32,000 bases of DNA from Petrachloros mirabilis ULC683 (GCF_009939295.1 NZ_WVIC01000013.1:1-32000); one strand, 5' to 3'; shown: positions 15,995 through 26,474, numbered from the stretch's first letter. Notes: generated from the letters alone by a model not told the origin. Numbers and translations: made by a program.

Positions 15995-16567
15995 GTGACG
16001 TCTGCTGAAGCCAAACCAATTTACACCACAGACGAGTATTTTGCACGGGAACTCAGCTCCGAGATCCGTCATGAATTCATCAATGGAGAGATTATTCCCA
16101 TGACGGGTGGCACCCCCGAACATAACGAAATCACCAGTATTCTCAACGCCGTCTTGCGGCTAAACCTGAAAGGAAAGCCCTACAGCATTTTTATCGCCGA
16201 TCAACGCCTGTGGATTCCCCAACGCAATCTCTACACCTATCCTGATGTGATGGTTGTCCCCCGTCCGCTAGAGCGACAAGTCGGACGGAGTGATACGCTG
16301 GTCAACCCAATCCTGATTGCCGAAGTTCTTTCAAAATCCACTAAAAACTATGATCGGGGTGAGAAATTTGCCGCCTATCGCACCCTTCTCACCTTTCAAG
16401 AATATTTGCTCATTGACCCATCCACCCCTCAAGTGGAACGATACTTCAAAACTGGATCCTGCCAATGGATTTTTACGGAGTACAAAGATCTGAATGCTTC
16501 GATTTCACTCGAATCGATTCCCTGTAACATCAGGCTCTCGGAACTCTATGAAGCTCTTGATGCTTAA
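15995..16567 (+). CDS. Uma2-family (DUF820) putative endonuclease, full length
   Basis: [65 protein letters not shown]. Confidence 0.8.
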   Translation: MTSAEAKPIYTTDEYFARELSSEIRHEFINGEIIPMTGGTPEHNEITSILNAVLRLNLKGKPYSIFIADQRLWIPQRNLYTYPDVMVVPRPLERQVGRSDTLVNPILIAEVLSKSTKNYDRGEKFAAYRTLLTFQEYLLIDPSTPQVERYFKTGSCQWIFTEYKDLNASISLESIPCNIRLSELYEALDA

Positions 16568-16587
16568 TCCCCATTCCAGACGCAATC

Positions 16588-17130
16588 ATGCCCAGCAACC
16601 CAGTTGAAATTCTCAATGCCGAGGAACTGCGACGGATGGTAACCCGCCTGGCTTCTCAGGTCGTTGAGCATGTCCGCGATCTAGATCAGTTGGTGCTCGT
16701 CGGCATTCACACCCGAGGCGTGCCTCTGGCTCAGAGTTTGGCACAGCAAATTCAACTGCTAGAGGGCATTGAGGTTCCAGTCGGCAGCCTGGACATCACC
16801 TTCTATCGGGATGATCTCGATCAAATTACAGTCCGAACCCCTGCCCTCACAGAATTTCCCAGTGATCTGTCGGGTAAAACGGTGGTGCTGGTGGATGATG
16901 TAATCTATAGCGGTCGCACGATTCGAGCGGCACTCAATGCCATTAATGACTATGGGCGTCCGGCCATCATTCAGCTTTTGGTACTCATTGATCGGGGGCA
17001 TCGAGAGCTGCCCATTCACCCCAACTATGTGGGCAAGGTTTTGCCCACCGCCCGCCATGAACAGGTCAAAGTTTATCTACAAGACCCCGATCAGCGCGAT
17101 GCCGTAGAGCTGAGGTCAGGGATTCCCTAG
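16588..17130 (+). CDS. pyrR: Bifunctional pyrimidine operon regulator / uracil phosphoribosyltransferase PyrR
   Basis: [18 protein letters not shown], and the PRPP-binding loop [18 protein letters not shown]. Confidence 0.85.
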   Translation: MPSNPVEILNAEELRRMVTRLASQVVEHVRDLDQLVLVGIHTRGVPLAQSLAQQIQLLEGIEVPVGSLDITFYRDDLDQITVRTPALTEFPSDLSGKTVVLVDDVIYSGRTIRAALNAINDYGRPAIIQLLVLIDRGHRELPIHPNYVGKVLPTARHEQVKVYLQDPDQRDAVELRSGIP

Positions 17131-17157
17131 CAGTCTCAAAGAGATGAACAGTTTTGG

Positions 17158-17517
17158 TTACAGACCTTGCCCTGGGAAAAACGCCATCTTAATCAAAGAC
17201 CCCAACAGTACAAAAGTTAAAGTTATCAAAATGCCCCAGGTGCGAGCATCCTGGGTTTTGTTCTGGTTTTTGAGATCTACCATTTGGGTTTCAACAGCTT
17301 TCAGGTTCTCATCGAACCGAACCTGAGCAAATTTGACCTCCAGCATATCCGCTTTGATGACCGCCACATCAGACTTGACTTCAGCCAACTCGGATTTGAC
17401 TGCTGCCACATCAGACTTGATCGCTGCCACGTCATCTGCCAGATTGTCAATTTTGGTGACAATCTGCTCCATGGCAAACTCAATTCGATCGAGTCGATCT
17501 GGCGCGGTCGAGGTCAT
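17158..17517 (-). CDS. Tail-anchored coiled-coil protein (heptad repeats + C-terminal transmembrane helix)
   Basis: DVAAIKS/DVAAVKS/ELAEVKS/DVAVIKA/DMLEVKF heptads followed by WGILITLTFVLLGSLIKMAFF. Confidence 0.55.
   Translation of the reverse strand: MTSTAPDRLDRIEFAMEQIVTKIDNLADDVAAIKSDVAAVKSELAEVKSDVAVIKADMLEVKFAQVRFDENLKAVETQMVDLKNQNKTQDARTWGILITLTFVLLGSLIKMAFFPGQGL
17344..17448. repeat. About five units of a 21-bp periodic repeat encoding the heptad array
   Basis: Plus-strand units CATATCCGCTTTGATGACCGC / CACATCAGACTTGACTTCAGC / CAACTCGGATTTGACTGCTGC / CACATCAGACTTGATCGCTGC / CACGTCATCTGCCAGATTGTC. Confidence 0.8.
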
Positions 17518-17565
17518 TGATCTAACCTGATAGAGACAAAGCCTTTCCTATACTCTAACCTAGCC

Positions 17566-18030
17566 GTGACCGATTCCAATTCTGCCACCCCCACCTGCAA
17601 AATCAAGCTACTTTACGATGGCGAGTGTCCACTGTGCTTGCGCGAGGTCAACTTTTTGCGGCAAAAAGATGGGGGTCGAGGTCAGGTTGCCTTTGTGGAT
17701 ATTGCGGCTCTTGACTATAATCCTGGTGAATATGCTGGCATCAGCTATGAAGCGGCCATGGGGCGCATCCATGGCATTTTGGCGGATGGTACGGTGCTCC
17801 GGGATGTGGCTGTGTTCCGGCAGGTTTACAATATTTTAGGTATGGGTTGGGTGTATGGGGCGACGCGGTTGCTGGGTGTGGGTGCGATCGCAAATACCCT
17901 CTACCGTCTCTGGGCCCACTGGCGACTCCGTCTGACTGGGCGACCCTCGCTTCCCACCCTGATTGCGGAACGGCAACAAAAACTAGGTGAGATCCCAGCG
18001 AATCGCTGTCGCCTGCCCCACCAATCCTAG
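17566..18030 (+). CDS. Thiol-disulfide oxidoreductase, DCC family (DUF393)
   Basis: LLYDGECPLCLREVNFLRQKD, the CxxC motif of the family. Confidence 0.75.
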   Translation: MTDSNSATPTCKIKLLYDGECPLCLREVNFLRQKDGGRGQVAFVDIAALDYNPGEYAGISYEAAMGRIHGILADGTVLRDVAVFRQVYNILGMGWVYGATRLLGVGAIANTLYRLWAHWRLRLTGRPSLPTLIAERQQKLGEIPANRCRLPHQS

Positions 18031-18216
18031 CTGGCAATAAAAAGAGCGAACATTTCATTACAGATCCTATGATAATCCTCTGCTTTTCTGGGGCAAACTG
18101 GAGAAAGAGGTTTAGCTCTTGTGTTTTAGGGTGTTACTGTCCCTAGGCCATTACAGATGGCGAAAACAATAGAGAAAGGCTGATATACTACCTTTGCAAT
18201 CATTGGATAATAGGAG

Positions 18217-18756
18217 TTGGGCGTGGCAGGGCACAAAATCTTAGTGATTGATGACAGTAAGGTCATCCGCATGAGAGTCCGAGATATGCTGCCAGACGGC
18301 AATTTCGAAGTCTTAGAAGCCAAGGATGGTGCTGAAGGACTAGATCTGATTCGCAATGAGCGTCCCAACCTGATTATGCTGGACTTTCTACTGCCCAAGT
18401 TGAGTGGGTGGGAAGTCTATCAAGAATTACAGCAGCAGCAGGACTTACAGAAAATTCCCCTTGTGATCATGTCCGGGCGCAAAGAAGAAGTCACGGACAA
18501 ACTGCAAGAGCCTTTTGAATTCTTTGAGTTTATCGAAAAACCCTTTGAGAAGCATCAATTACAAGAAGCGATCAAAGGGGCAATCGAAAAATCCAAGCGT
18601 CCTCGAGTGCGGACAGACGCCAAGAGCACAATTCCTGGGGTAGATGCGGCTGAAATTGCAGAGCTGCATCAAAAAATGGAGAGAATGGAAGCTGAAATCG
18701 CCAATCTCAAGCGCACCATTGTCCAGTTAGTGACCTTCGTCAAGCAAAAACTCTAG
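18217..18756 (+). CDS. Single-domain response regulator (REC) with a C-terminal coiled-coil tail
   Basis: KILVIDDS, LIMLDFLLPKLSGWEV, LVIMSGR and FIEKPF receiver motifs. The last ~45 aa are heptad-like. The start is TTG/GTG and uncertain. Confidence 0.8.
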   Translation: MGVAGHKILVIDDSKVIRMRVRDMLPDGNFEVLEAKDGAEGLDLIRNERPNLIMLDFLLPKLSGWEVYQELQQQQDLQKIPLVIMSGRKEEVTDKLQEPFEFFEFIEKPFEKHQLQEAIKGAIEKSKRPRVRTDAKSTIPGVDAAEIAELHQKMERMEAEIANLKRTIVQLVTFVKQKL

Positions 18757-18775
18757 CCATCCCAGATTCAGCCTA

Positions 18776-21451
18776 CTAGAGCGCAATCGGTCCGGCTGAA
18801 ACAATCACGAACTGGTCAGGATGAATTAGCTCTTGCAAAGCGGTTTGTACCTCTGCCACAGTGACAGCTTGTAGCCGCTGGGGAAACTGGCGAATTTCAT
18901 CTCGGTTTAGTCCATACACCGCACTCATTAAGACCCGCTGCGCCAAAATATCGGGGTTAGCCAGCTCCACCGGATAGCTGTTCAGCAAAGACTGTTGCGC
19001 TGCCTCTACTTCTGTGGCCATCAGACCTGTATTCCGCAGGTGCCGCAAAAGTGACAGAGTACTATCGATCGCTTGCTGGGTATCTTCCGGAGCAGTTTGC
19101 ATTTGAATCACAAAATGCCCTGGCTGTTTCCCAGCGGCAAAATAGCTATAGATGCCATAGGTGAGTCCCTGGCGATCTCGAATTTCTGTGCCTAGGCGAC
19201 TGGCTAGGGTGTCGCCTCCTAGCACTTGATTCAAAATTAACGCTGCATAAAATCGCGGATCGTGGCGATCGATGCCGGGATGCCCCAGGTAGGTAATCAC
19301 CTGAGTTTTCCCAGACAGGGGAACTGTAATAGTCTGAAGCGCAGGCGGAAACGAAACTGCCGGAAAGCTCAGGGTGGGGGCTTCACCTTCAACTGTCCAA
19401 ATTCCCAGGGTAGATTGTAGGTGCGATCGCACCCCTTCCAAATCAAAATCACCCAAGAGCGTCAACACAGTGCGCTCGGGGCGATAGTGCTGCTGATAGA
19501 ATGCCTGCAAATGATCAGGTTGAATTGCCGCCACTGTTTCCAGAGTCGGATAACCATAAAACGGATGCTCAGCGGGGTATAGATGCTGTTGTAAAACCCG
19601 CCGCGCCAGACATTTGGGATCATCCAGCTCAATTTGCAGATTAGCCAACAACCGTTGCTGAGAGATCTGAAACTCCGCTGCCGGAAACGTAGCATTTTGG
19701 AGCACATCAGCCAAAATTTCGAGCAGTAGAGGCAAATCTTCAGCCAGCGCATAGCCCTCAATATCCACACCCTCTCGAAGCGCCTGGAAATCAAGACTAG
19801 CTCCGCGCTCCTCTAAGCGTCGTGCCAGCATTTGATCATCTTGGCTTTGGGTACCACTCAGCAGGTTGTCCGCCGTGAGGCTGGCCAACCCATAGATTTC
19901 TCGATCAAAAGCACTGCCTGCCTCTATATACCCATTTAAAGTCACCGTCGGCGTACTCGGATCCGCTAACAGCAACACCCGCAATCCATTGGCCAAATCC
20001 AGCACTTGGGGCAAAGTTTGAGAAGAAGAAACCGTCGCAGGCGGAAATTTTGGCAAATACTGCGCCACGGTTGCCGGGTCAACCGGCTCCCCAGGCATAA
20101 AATTTTCCCGAGTTTGGGTAGCCCCCCCTGAGTCAGGCGATAAATTCGGCTCCAAACGGGTAGGCTCAAACAGCCCCAGAGTGCGCCGTTCCAACTTCAG
20201 ATAAGTTTGAGCGACACGTTGCACATCAGCCACACTCACACCGTTCACTGCCGCCAAAAACACATCAGTATAGCGATAATCGCCCGCGACCAAATGGTTA
20301 TAGGCCAACTGGCTAGCTTGGGTTTCAATATCCCGATTACTGAGAATCAGATTTGCCCGCAGTTGCACTTTTGCTCGGTTGAGCTCTGCTTCCGTAACCC
20401 CTTGCTCTTGCAGATCTTTCAGGGTTTGCTGTAGCACCTGATCTAGTCCCTTGAGATCTTGACCCGGCACCGCCGTCAGGGCAATTTCATACCACCCTGG
20501 ATCTTGCATGGCCACCAGATAGCCCCCCCCATGGCTGGCGAGTCCTGAATCAATAAAATCTGCATAAAAGCGAGAACTTCGCCCTGAAGTCAAAATAGTA
20601 TCCATCACCTCCAGAATCGGAATGTCTGGATGGCCAATGGCCGGAACCGGGTAAACGGCCTGCAACAATGCCGCACTTCCAGGTTCTCGTAAACAAATCG
20701 GCTCAGATGAGGATTCCACGTCAGACCTGACAGTGGAAGTCTGATGCGGAGGCGCAGCCGTAGAGACAATACCACCAAAAGTCTCCTCAATTAAGGCCAG
20801 AGTTCCAGAGGTTTCAAAATCTCCCGTCACCACCAATACGGCATTTCTGGGTGAATAATATTGACGGTAATAACCTTGAACTTGCTCTAAGGTAAAAGCT
20901 TCCACATCCTCCTTCATCCCCCCCACTGGCAATCCATAGGGATGGCAGGGAAATGCCTGCCGCATCACGGCTCGACTCAGCCGATAGTCCGGGCTGTTGT
21001 CATAGCCTTGCAGTTCCGAAATCACGACCCGCTTTTCACTATCAAGCTGGTCAGCATTGATCAAGGCATGTTGCAAGCGATCAGCTTCCAGAATCAGCAA
21101 AGCTGCTAGTTTATCCTGAGATACTGTGCCATAGTAGGCGGTCATGTCGTAGCTAGTAAACGCATTCGAGGCGCTGCCTAGGGCACTGAAGAGCTGCCCA
21201 AACTGAATCGGACGCGCCTCTGTTCCCTTAAACATCAAATGTTCAAGCTGATGAGAAATACCATTCAAGCCCGGTGCTTCATTGCGAGAGCCAACGCGAT
21301 ACCAGATTTGGACACTCACCACCGGAGCGGTATGCACTTCCTTGAGCAGCACTGTGAGGCCATTGGCCAAAACGGTGTGATGAACCCCCGAAGTCAGGGA
21401 GAGAGCAGGCTGTGACGCAGAAGCGGTAGAAGGCATAGCAAATATCGGCAT
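18776..21451 (-). CDS. M16 (pitrilysin/insulinase) family zinc peptidase, duplicated two-unit form of 891 aa
   Basis: HQLEHLMFKGT (HxxEH zinc motif) near the N-terminus. A second M16-like half begins around residue 470. Confidence 0.85.
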   Translation of the reverse strand: MPIFAMPSTASASQPALSLTSGVHHTVLANGLTVLLKEVHTAPVVSVQIWYRVGSRNEAPGLNGISHQLEHLMFKGTEARPIQFGQLFSALGSASNAFTSYDMTAYYGTVSQDKLAALLILEADRLQHALINADQLDSEKRVVISELQGYDNSPDYRLSRAVMRQAFPCHPYGLPVGGMKEDVEAFTLEQVQGYYRQYYSPRNAVLVVTGDFETSGTLALIEETFGGIVSTAAPPHQTSTVRSDVESSSEPICLREPGSAALLQAVYPVPAIGHPDIPILEVMDTILTSGRSSRFYADFIDSGLASHGGGYLVAMQDPGWYEIALTAVPGQDLKGLDQVLQQTLKDLQEQGVTEAELNRAKVQLRANLILSNRDIETQASQLAYNHLVAGDYRYTDVFLAAVNGVSVADVQRVAQTYLKLERRTLGLFEPTRLEPNLSPDSGGATQTRENFMPGEPVDPATVAQYLPKFPPATVSSSQTLPQVLDLANGLRVLLLADPSTPTVTLNGYIEAGSAFDREIYGLASLTADNLLSGTQSQDDQMLARRLEERGASLDFQALREGVDIEGYALAEDLPLLLEILADVLQNATFPAAEFQISQQRLLANLQIELDDPKCLARRVLQQHLYPAEHPFYGYPTLETVAAIQPDHLQAFYQQHYRPERTVLTLLGDFDLEGVRSHLQSTLGIWTVEGEAPTLSFPAVSFPPALQTITVPLSGKTQVITYLGHPGIDRHDPRFYAALILNQVLGGDTLASRLGTEIRDRQGLTYGIYSYFAAGKQPGHFVIQMQTAPEDTQQAIDSTLSLLRHLRNTGLMATEVEAAQQSLLNSYPVELANPDILAQRVLMSAVYGLNRDEIRQFPQRLQAVTVAEVQTALQELIHPDQFVIVSAGPIAL

Positions 21452-21790
21452 CCAATCAGAATAACAACGACCAGGCGCTACCCCATGGCACTCGCCCTAG
21501 ATCGCATCAACACGTTCGTTCATTGTAGAAACAAAGTTGTCACTGGCCAGTGTTTTCAGTCCCCGATCAATTTTTTTTAATTTTTATGTAGTCTTGCCAA
21601 CAGTCTTAAGAACCCTCGGGGATCAAGGGCAGCCTAGCAAATACAGACCTATCTGAGGAAAGAAAAAAGACGACCTAGAGCTCGCCTAGCCTCAGAGGGG
21701 TATTTTAGGTGCGTTGCTTGAGCCACCTCATGGGTGGGTTTCATAGCGCGCGCAGTTAGGGCATCGTACATGCAACTGAAGGGACGAACT

Positions 21791-23032
21791 ATGGGCTTAG
21801 AGCAAGCGTCGAAAATACAAGGTGTTTTATCTCCCCAACAACTCCTGCCAGAGGTCTTACATCAAATTGCCAGCGCATCGTTTCAGGGCTGCCTCTGGGT
21901 CAAACACCAAGCAGTCACTTGGGCAATCTATATCCAAAACGGTCATCTCAACTATGCCACCCATTCCATTGACCCCACAGATCGCCTGGACAGCCAGTTG
22001 CGACGATTAAGTCATCAACTACCAGCGCTAACCGATGCAGTTCGTACCCAAACCCGCCTCATGCTGGATGTGCACACACCGATACAGGGACAACCGAGCC
22101 TAGATTACCAAGCCATTGAAACCTTGGTCGAGCAGCAGCATCTCACCGTAGCCGATGTAAACACCCTTATCACCCGACTCTCCCGAGAGGCTCTCTTATT
22201 TGCGTTTACCCTAACAGAAGGCAGCTATCACTTTCAGCCCGAAGCAGGCATTCAGTCACCATTGTGCCAGCTACCCCTATTGTCTTTGATTGATCATTGC
22301 CAAAAATATCTGCGTGCTTGGCAGTCTCTTGGTCCAGAAATCAGCTCTCCAAATCAGAAACTATACTTCTCAAGCCAAAAATATGCTCATCCTAGGTTAT
22401 CACCCGAGCAAGCCCGCAGACTTGGGAAATTGTTGCGTGGCTTTAGCTTTAGGCATTTAGAGGCCATCTTAGATCAAGATGCCATTAAAATTGCTCAAAG
22501 TCTATATCCATTGATTATGGATCGCACGATTTTATTGCGAGAGCCACAGCATCCCTTTAATCAACTTCCTAAAATCCTAGACTTCAATCAACACTCTCAT
22601 TCCAAAAACACAACGCCCGAAGTAGAGACAGAACTAGATGTCTTGGTCAATCAAGAATCAAGTCAAAAAATCTATCGAATTGCCTGCATTGATGATAGTC
22701 CGAGTGTATTAAATGCTATTCAGAATTTTTTGGATGATGAATCTATATCTCTGACGTTAATCAACAATCCAGTTCGAGCTTTAGTTGAAATCATTCGAGT
22801 CAAACCTCATTTAATTCTGTTGGATGTTGGTATGCCTAGGGTTGATGGCTATGAACTCTGTCGATTAATTCGACGCAATTCTTCTTTCAAAGCAGTTCCC
22901 ATCGTTATGGTGACTGGAAATACGGGTTTAATTGACCGAGCAAGAGCAAAGGTTTCTGGTGCAACAGATTATATGACAAAGCCTTTTACTCAAGAAGAAT
23001 TATCCAAAATGGTGTTTCGCTATCTGAGTTAA
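21791..23032 (+). CDS. PatA-type response regulator (N-terminal PATAN/DUF4388 + C-terminal REC), PilG/PixG/HmpA class
   Basis: N-terminal FQGCLWVKHQAVTWAIYIQNGHLNYATHS. C-terminal REC with IACIDDS, LILLDVGMPRVDGYEL, IVMVTGN and YMTKPF. Alternative starts are GTG 21734 and ATG 21770. Confidence 0.8.
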   Translation: MGLEQASKIQGVLSPQQLLPEVLHQIASASFQGCLWVKHQAVTWAIYIQNGHLNYATHSIDPTDRLDSQLRRLSHQLPALTDAVRTQTRLMLDVHTPIQGQPSLDYQAIETLVEQQHLTVADVNTLITRLSREALLFAFTLTEGSYHFQPEAGIQSPLCQLPLLSLIDHCQKYLRAWQSLGPEISSPNQKLYFSSQKYAHPRLSPEQARRLGKLLRGFSFRHLEAILDQDAIKIAQSLYPLIMDRTILLREPQHPFNQLPKILDFNQHSHSKNTTPEVETELDVLVNQESSQKIYRIACIDDSPSVLNAIQNFLDDESISLTLINNPVRALVEIIRVKPHLILLDVGMPRVDGYELCRLIRRNSSFKAVPIVMVTGNTGLIDRARAKVSGATDYMTKPFTQEELSKMVFRYLS

Positions 23033-23210
23033 AAACTTACAAGATTTCACTCATTCAAATTTATGATAATTTTTCTTGTCTATAATTTATCTAAATTTTT
23101 CTTTATTGATCTGTTTTTATGATCTTTGGGAACACTAATTATAGATTAATAGTTTGCAGACAATTCTGCTCAATCTATACATTCGTAACTATTCCTTGAG
23201 GCTCTGCGAC

Positions 23211-23573
23211 ATGAGAAAAGTTCTGGTGGTTGATGATACAGCTTCTGAACTAGAGTTAATGTCTATATATTTGCGCGAAAGTGGCTACACAGTCATCAAT
23301 TCTAGTGATGCCAAAGATGCTTTGAACAAAGCAATTTCTTTACAGCCAGATGTAGTTATAACAGATGTTGTCATGCCTGGAATGAGTGGATTTGAGTTGT
23401 GCAGAACTCTAAAAAAAACAGAGCAAACCAAGAAAGTTCCTGTTGTGGTTTGCACCTCTAAGAATCAAGAGCTTGACCGACTGTGGGGCATGAAGCAAGG
23501 GGTAGATGTCTATGTGACGAAGCCCTTTAGTCGAGAGGAATTAATTCGCGCTGTTCAATCGGTGGTGGCCTAA
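23211..23573 (+). CDS. CheY-like single-domain response regulator (PilH class)
   Basis: KVLVVDDT, VVITDVVMPGMSGFEL, VVVCTSK, VYVTKPF. The start is taken at the internal ATG 23211 of the track ORF. Confidence 0.85.
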   Translation: MRKVLVVDDTASELELMSIYLRESGYTVINSSDAKDALNKAISLQPDVVITDVVMPGMSGFELCRTLKKTEQTKKVPVVVCTSKNQELDRLWGMKQGVDVYVTKPFSREELIRAVQSVVA

Positions 23574-23577
23574 AGCA

Positions 23578-24081
23578 ATGAGTATGACCCTTTCAGCCGG
23601 GTGGGTCGCACCCCAAGTGGGGACAGGGGGCGATCCCTACCTGAAGCTGAGGCTGGATGCCGAAATAACCGCTTTAATTCCCATGGTCTTTGCTCAAGAA
23701 GTCTTGGTGGTGCCTGAAGAGCGGCTAACCCTGATTCCTAACATGCCTGCTTGGGCACTGGGGTTACTCAATCAGCGCAGCCGGGTTTTTTGGGTGGTCG
23801 ATTTGCTGCGCTTGTTCAATCAGGATGCCTTTGCCGTCAGCCAGCGACTCTACAACATTGTGATTTTACGGGCAGACCAAATGCCTCTGGGCATTGCTGT
23901 TCCCCAGGTGAATGGTGTGCTGCGGTTTCCATCGGAGGCATTGCAATCTCCGGTGGGCGCTGTCTCAGATCATCTCACGCCCTATTTACGCGGATGTGTG
24001 CCCTGGGAAAACGACATTTTATTGGTTCTTGATCCCCAGGCAATTGTGCGGGCGGCTGTGCGGGCAGGCAGCGCAGGGTAG
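23578..24081 (+). CDS. CheW-like coupling protein (PilI class)
   Basis: YLKLRLDAEITALIPMVFAQEVLVV...IPNMPAWALGLLNQRSRVFWVVDL...LGIAVPQVNGV...LLVLDPQAI, the CheW domain pattern. Confidence 0.8.
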   Translation: MSMTLSAGWVAPQVGTGGDPYLKLRLDAEITALIPMVFAQEVLVVPEERLTLIPNMPAWALGLLNQRSRVFWVVDLLRLFNQDAFAVSQRLYNIVILRADQMPLGIAVPQVNGVLRFPSEALQSPVGAVSDHLTPYLRGCVPWENDILLVLDPQAIVRAAVRAGSAG

Positions 24082-24124
24082 AGATGCAAATACACGTTGA
24101 GATTGATAGAGGTGACAAAGGTCA

Positions 24125-25798
24125 ATGACACTTTTCAAAGATGAACACATGCCGAGCGACCACGCTGAACAAACCCCGACTGAATGGGTGACGCTGGAGC
24201 CAGCACAAGCCACTGTTACGGAGCTGGCACAGGCTGGGGAAGACCACAGCCCAGACGCACTAACCCAAGTCACCCCTTCCCTCACGGGACAGCAATTTAA
24301 AGGGTTGCGGGCGAAGGTGACCGTGGCTGCGATCGCACTCAGCACCATTCCCCTCGCCATCACGGGCGGCATCACCTGGAGCGCAGTTCAAAGCGCCATC
24401 CCAGCACCAGAGACAGCACCAGAGACAGCAGCAGTCCAGCAACCCGGAGCGGCCACCACCAACCGCCTACTTCTGATTCTGATGGCAAATCTGGTCGTGA
24501 CTGCTGCCGCCGTCGGCTGGATCGCTTGGCTCTTGAGTGAACGCGCCACCCAACCCCTGACAAAAGCTACCCAGGCCATTCAAGCTATTCGCCAAGGGGA
24601 CTTAGACACTCGTCTTAGCGTCACCCCCGAAGATGAGCTAGGGCATCTGGCCACCCAAATCAATGAGATGGCCGAGCATTTGCAAAATCAAGCGCAGGAG
24701 CAAGCCCTTGCCCTCCAGAAAGAGCGAGAAGTCCACGCTGAAGTCATGGCCCAACAAGCCGCAGCCGCTGAGCGCGATCACCAACAAAACCTGGCTCTCC
24801 AACAAGAACTGTTGCAGTTGCTCTCAGAAGTCGAAGGAGCCACCAGCGGCAACTTGATGGTACGGGCTGAGATTGGTGAAGGCCAAATCGGCATTGTCGC
24901 CGACTTTTTCAACTCCATTATTGAGAGTATGCGCGACATTGTTACCCAAGTGAAAGCGGTGACTGTTGAAGTGAACAGCGCCCTGGGACAAGACGAGGCC
25001 GCCATTGGTGATCTGGCCAAGGAGTCCAGTAAACAAGCGAAAAAAATTCAGCGGATGCTCACCTTTGTCGAGCAAATGGCGCAGTCTATTGCAGCCGTGG
25101 CCAGCAACGCCCACGAAGCCGCTGAAGTGGCGCGCAATGCCTCTAGCACTGCCGAAACCGGTGGAGAAGCTATGGATCGGGTGGTGCAAAGTATTGTCCA
25201 GCTTCGAGAAACGGTGGCTGAAACCGCCAAGAAGGTGAAGCAACTCGGTGAGTCTTCGCAGCAAATTTCCAAGGCTGTGTCTTTGATTAACCAAATCGCC
25301 CTGCAAACCAACCTGCTAGCCATCAACGCCAGTATTGAAGCCGCGCGAGCAGGCGAAGAAGGTCGAGGCTTTGCGGTGGTGGCCGAAGAAGTGGGGGCAT
25401 TAGCGGCTCAATCAGCCACCGCCACCAAGGAGATTGAAAAAATTGTGGAATTGATTCAACGCTCTACCAGCGAGGTGGTCGATGCCATGGAGCGGGGCAC
25501 CACCCAGGTGGTCGAAGGCAGTGGCCGGGTGGAGGAGGCCAAACACAGCTTGGAGCAAATTATTAGCGTTTCCCACGACATTGACCAGTTGGTGCAATCT
25601 ATTTCCACCGCCACTGTGTCTCAAGCCAAAACCTCTGATCTGGTGAAGGCGCTGATGCAAGACATTGTGAAGACCTCTGAGGAATCCTCCAAATTTTCTA
25701 ACCGGGTCGTCACATCCATCCACGAAACGGCTGGCCTGGCCCAGCAACTCAAAACCTCTGTGGATGTGTTCAAAGTGAGTGAAGCTGTTGAAGTTTAA
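24125..25798 (+). CDS. Methyl-accepting chemotaxis protein (2 TM + HAMP + MA signalling domain) with a minimal extracytoplasmic loop
   Basis: TM helices [19 protein letters not shown] and [23 protein letters not shown] flank a ~25-aa loop. HAMP block [13 protein letters not shown]...[13 protein letters not shown]. Highly conserved MCP tip [37 protein letters not shown]. Confidence 0.9.
   Translation: MTLFKDEHMPSDHAEQTPTEWVTLEPAQATVTELAQAGEDHSPDALTQVTPSLTGQQFKGLRAKVTVAAIALSTIPLAITGGITWSAVQSAIPAPETAPETAAVQQPGAATTNRLLLILMANLVVTAAAVGWIAWLLSERATQPLTKATQAIQAIRQGDLDTRLSVTPEDELGHLATQINEMAEHLQNQAQEQALALQKEREVHAEVMAQQAAAAERDHQQNLALQQELLQLLSEVEGATSGNLMVRAEIGEGQIGIVADFFNSIIESMRDIVTQVKAVTVEVNSALGQDEAAIGDLAKESSKQAKKIQRMLTFVEQMAQSIAAVASNAHEAAEVARNASSTAETGGEAMDRVVQSIVQLRETVAETAKKVKQLGESSQQISKAVSLINQIALQTNLLAINASIEAARAGEEGRGFAVVAEEVGALAAQSATATKEIEKIVELIQRSTSEVVDAMERGTTQVVEGSGRVEEAKHSLEQIISVSHDIDQLVQSISTATVSQAKTSDLVKALMQDIVKTSEESSKFSNRVVTSIHETAGLAQQLKTSVDVFKVSEAVEV
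24404..24427 (+). repeat. Perfect 12-bp tandem duplication encoding APET-APET in the MCP loop
   Basis: GCACCAGAGACA occurs at 24404-24415 and again at 24416-24427. Confidence 0.9.
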
Positions 25799-25815
25799 TT
25801 GCTCACTGTTGGGTT

Positions 25816-25851
25816 GGCAATTTTCTAAACCCTAAAATTGCCGTCATTTTT
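25816..25851 (+). terminator. Possible weak intrinsic terminator after the MCP gene
   Basis: GGCAATTTT (25816-24) / AAAATTGCC (25834-42) form a 9-bp stem with a 9-nt loop, followed by GTCATTTTTA. The stem is AT-rich, so it is weak. Confidence 0.35.
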
Positions 25852-25880
25852 AATCCTTATCAAAAAGCGAGGAATTTATC

Positions 25881-26204
25881 ATGTTAGCCAATAGCACTGC
25901 CACCAAAGTTTATAAGGTCACCTTGGTCAACGAGAAGCACAATCTACGCGAAACCATTCGAGTTCAAGATGACGAGTACATTTTTGATATAGCCGAGCAA
26001 AAAGGCTTGAAGCTACCGGTTTCTTGTCGAGCCGGTGCCTGCGTCAGTTGTGTGGGGCGCATTACTCAGGGTGAAGTGGATCAAGATCACTCCTTTTTGA
26101 CAGCCAAAGAACTAGATGCGGGGTTTGTCTTGACCTGTCGCGCCATGCCGCTCTCTGATTGCGTGATTGAAACCCATCAAGAAGATGCCCTGCTCGATCT
26201 CTAG
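25881..26204 (+). CDS. Plant-type [2Fe-2S] ferredoxin
   Basis: YKVTLVNE..., cluster ligands in SCRAGACVSCVGRI and LTCRAMP, C-terminal ETHQEDAL. GAGGA Shine-Dalgarno sequence 8 nt upstream. Confidence 0.85.
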   Translation: MLANSTATKVYKVTLVNEKHNLRETIRVQDDEYIFDIAEQKGLKLPVSCRAGACVSCVGRITQGEVDQDHSFLTAKELDAGFVLTCRAMPLSDCVIETHQEDALLDL

Positions 26205-26354
26205 TCGGTTGTGTACCGGTCAAGACGAGTTTGATTCAGTCTTAGCTACCAAGTCCAAATATCTCGGCTCTTGCCCCCTCAATCCCCTTTTTCCAGAGCG
26301 GCAGAAGGAGATTGAGGGGAAAGACCTAAGAGCTTGTTTGAGAAGTTGCTTAGA

Positions 26355-26474
26355 CCTTGCACTCCGCCCCCCTAGCCCCCCAATTCTGGGGGGAAATGGT
26401 CAGAGCTTTTGGCTTTCTCCCCCCAAAATTGGGGGGTCGGGGGGCTAATGCAGGGATGAATGAGGCTTTTCAAA
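26355..26474 (+). repeat. Second copy of the C/G-run hairpin repeat family also found inside the MITE at 10461-10584
   Basis: Shared collinear blocks: CCT(T)GCAYTC(C)GCCCCC, CCCCC(C)A(A)TTCTGGGGG(G), CCCCCCAAA(A)TTRGG, GAGGCTTTTMAA. Both copies are in the same orientation. Confidence 0.55.

Noticed and set aside
24260-25747. Multiple long antisense or out-of-frame ORFs within the MCP gene (for example 24824-25306 -, 25412-25747 -, 25005-25238 +)
   Set aside because: These are shadow ORFs of a GC-rich, Ala/Gln/Glu-rich coiled-coil gene. The plus-strand frame carries the unmistakable MCP signalling-tip motif.
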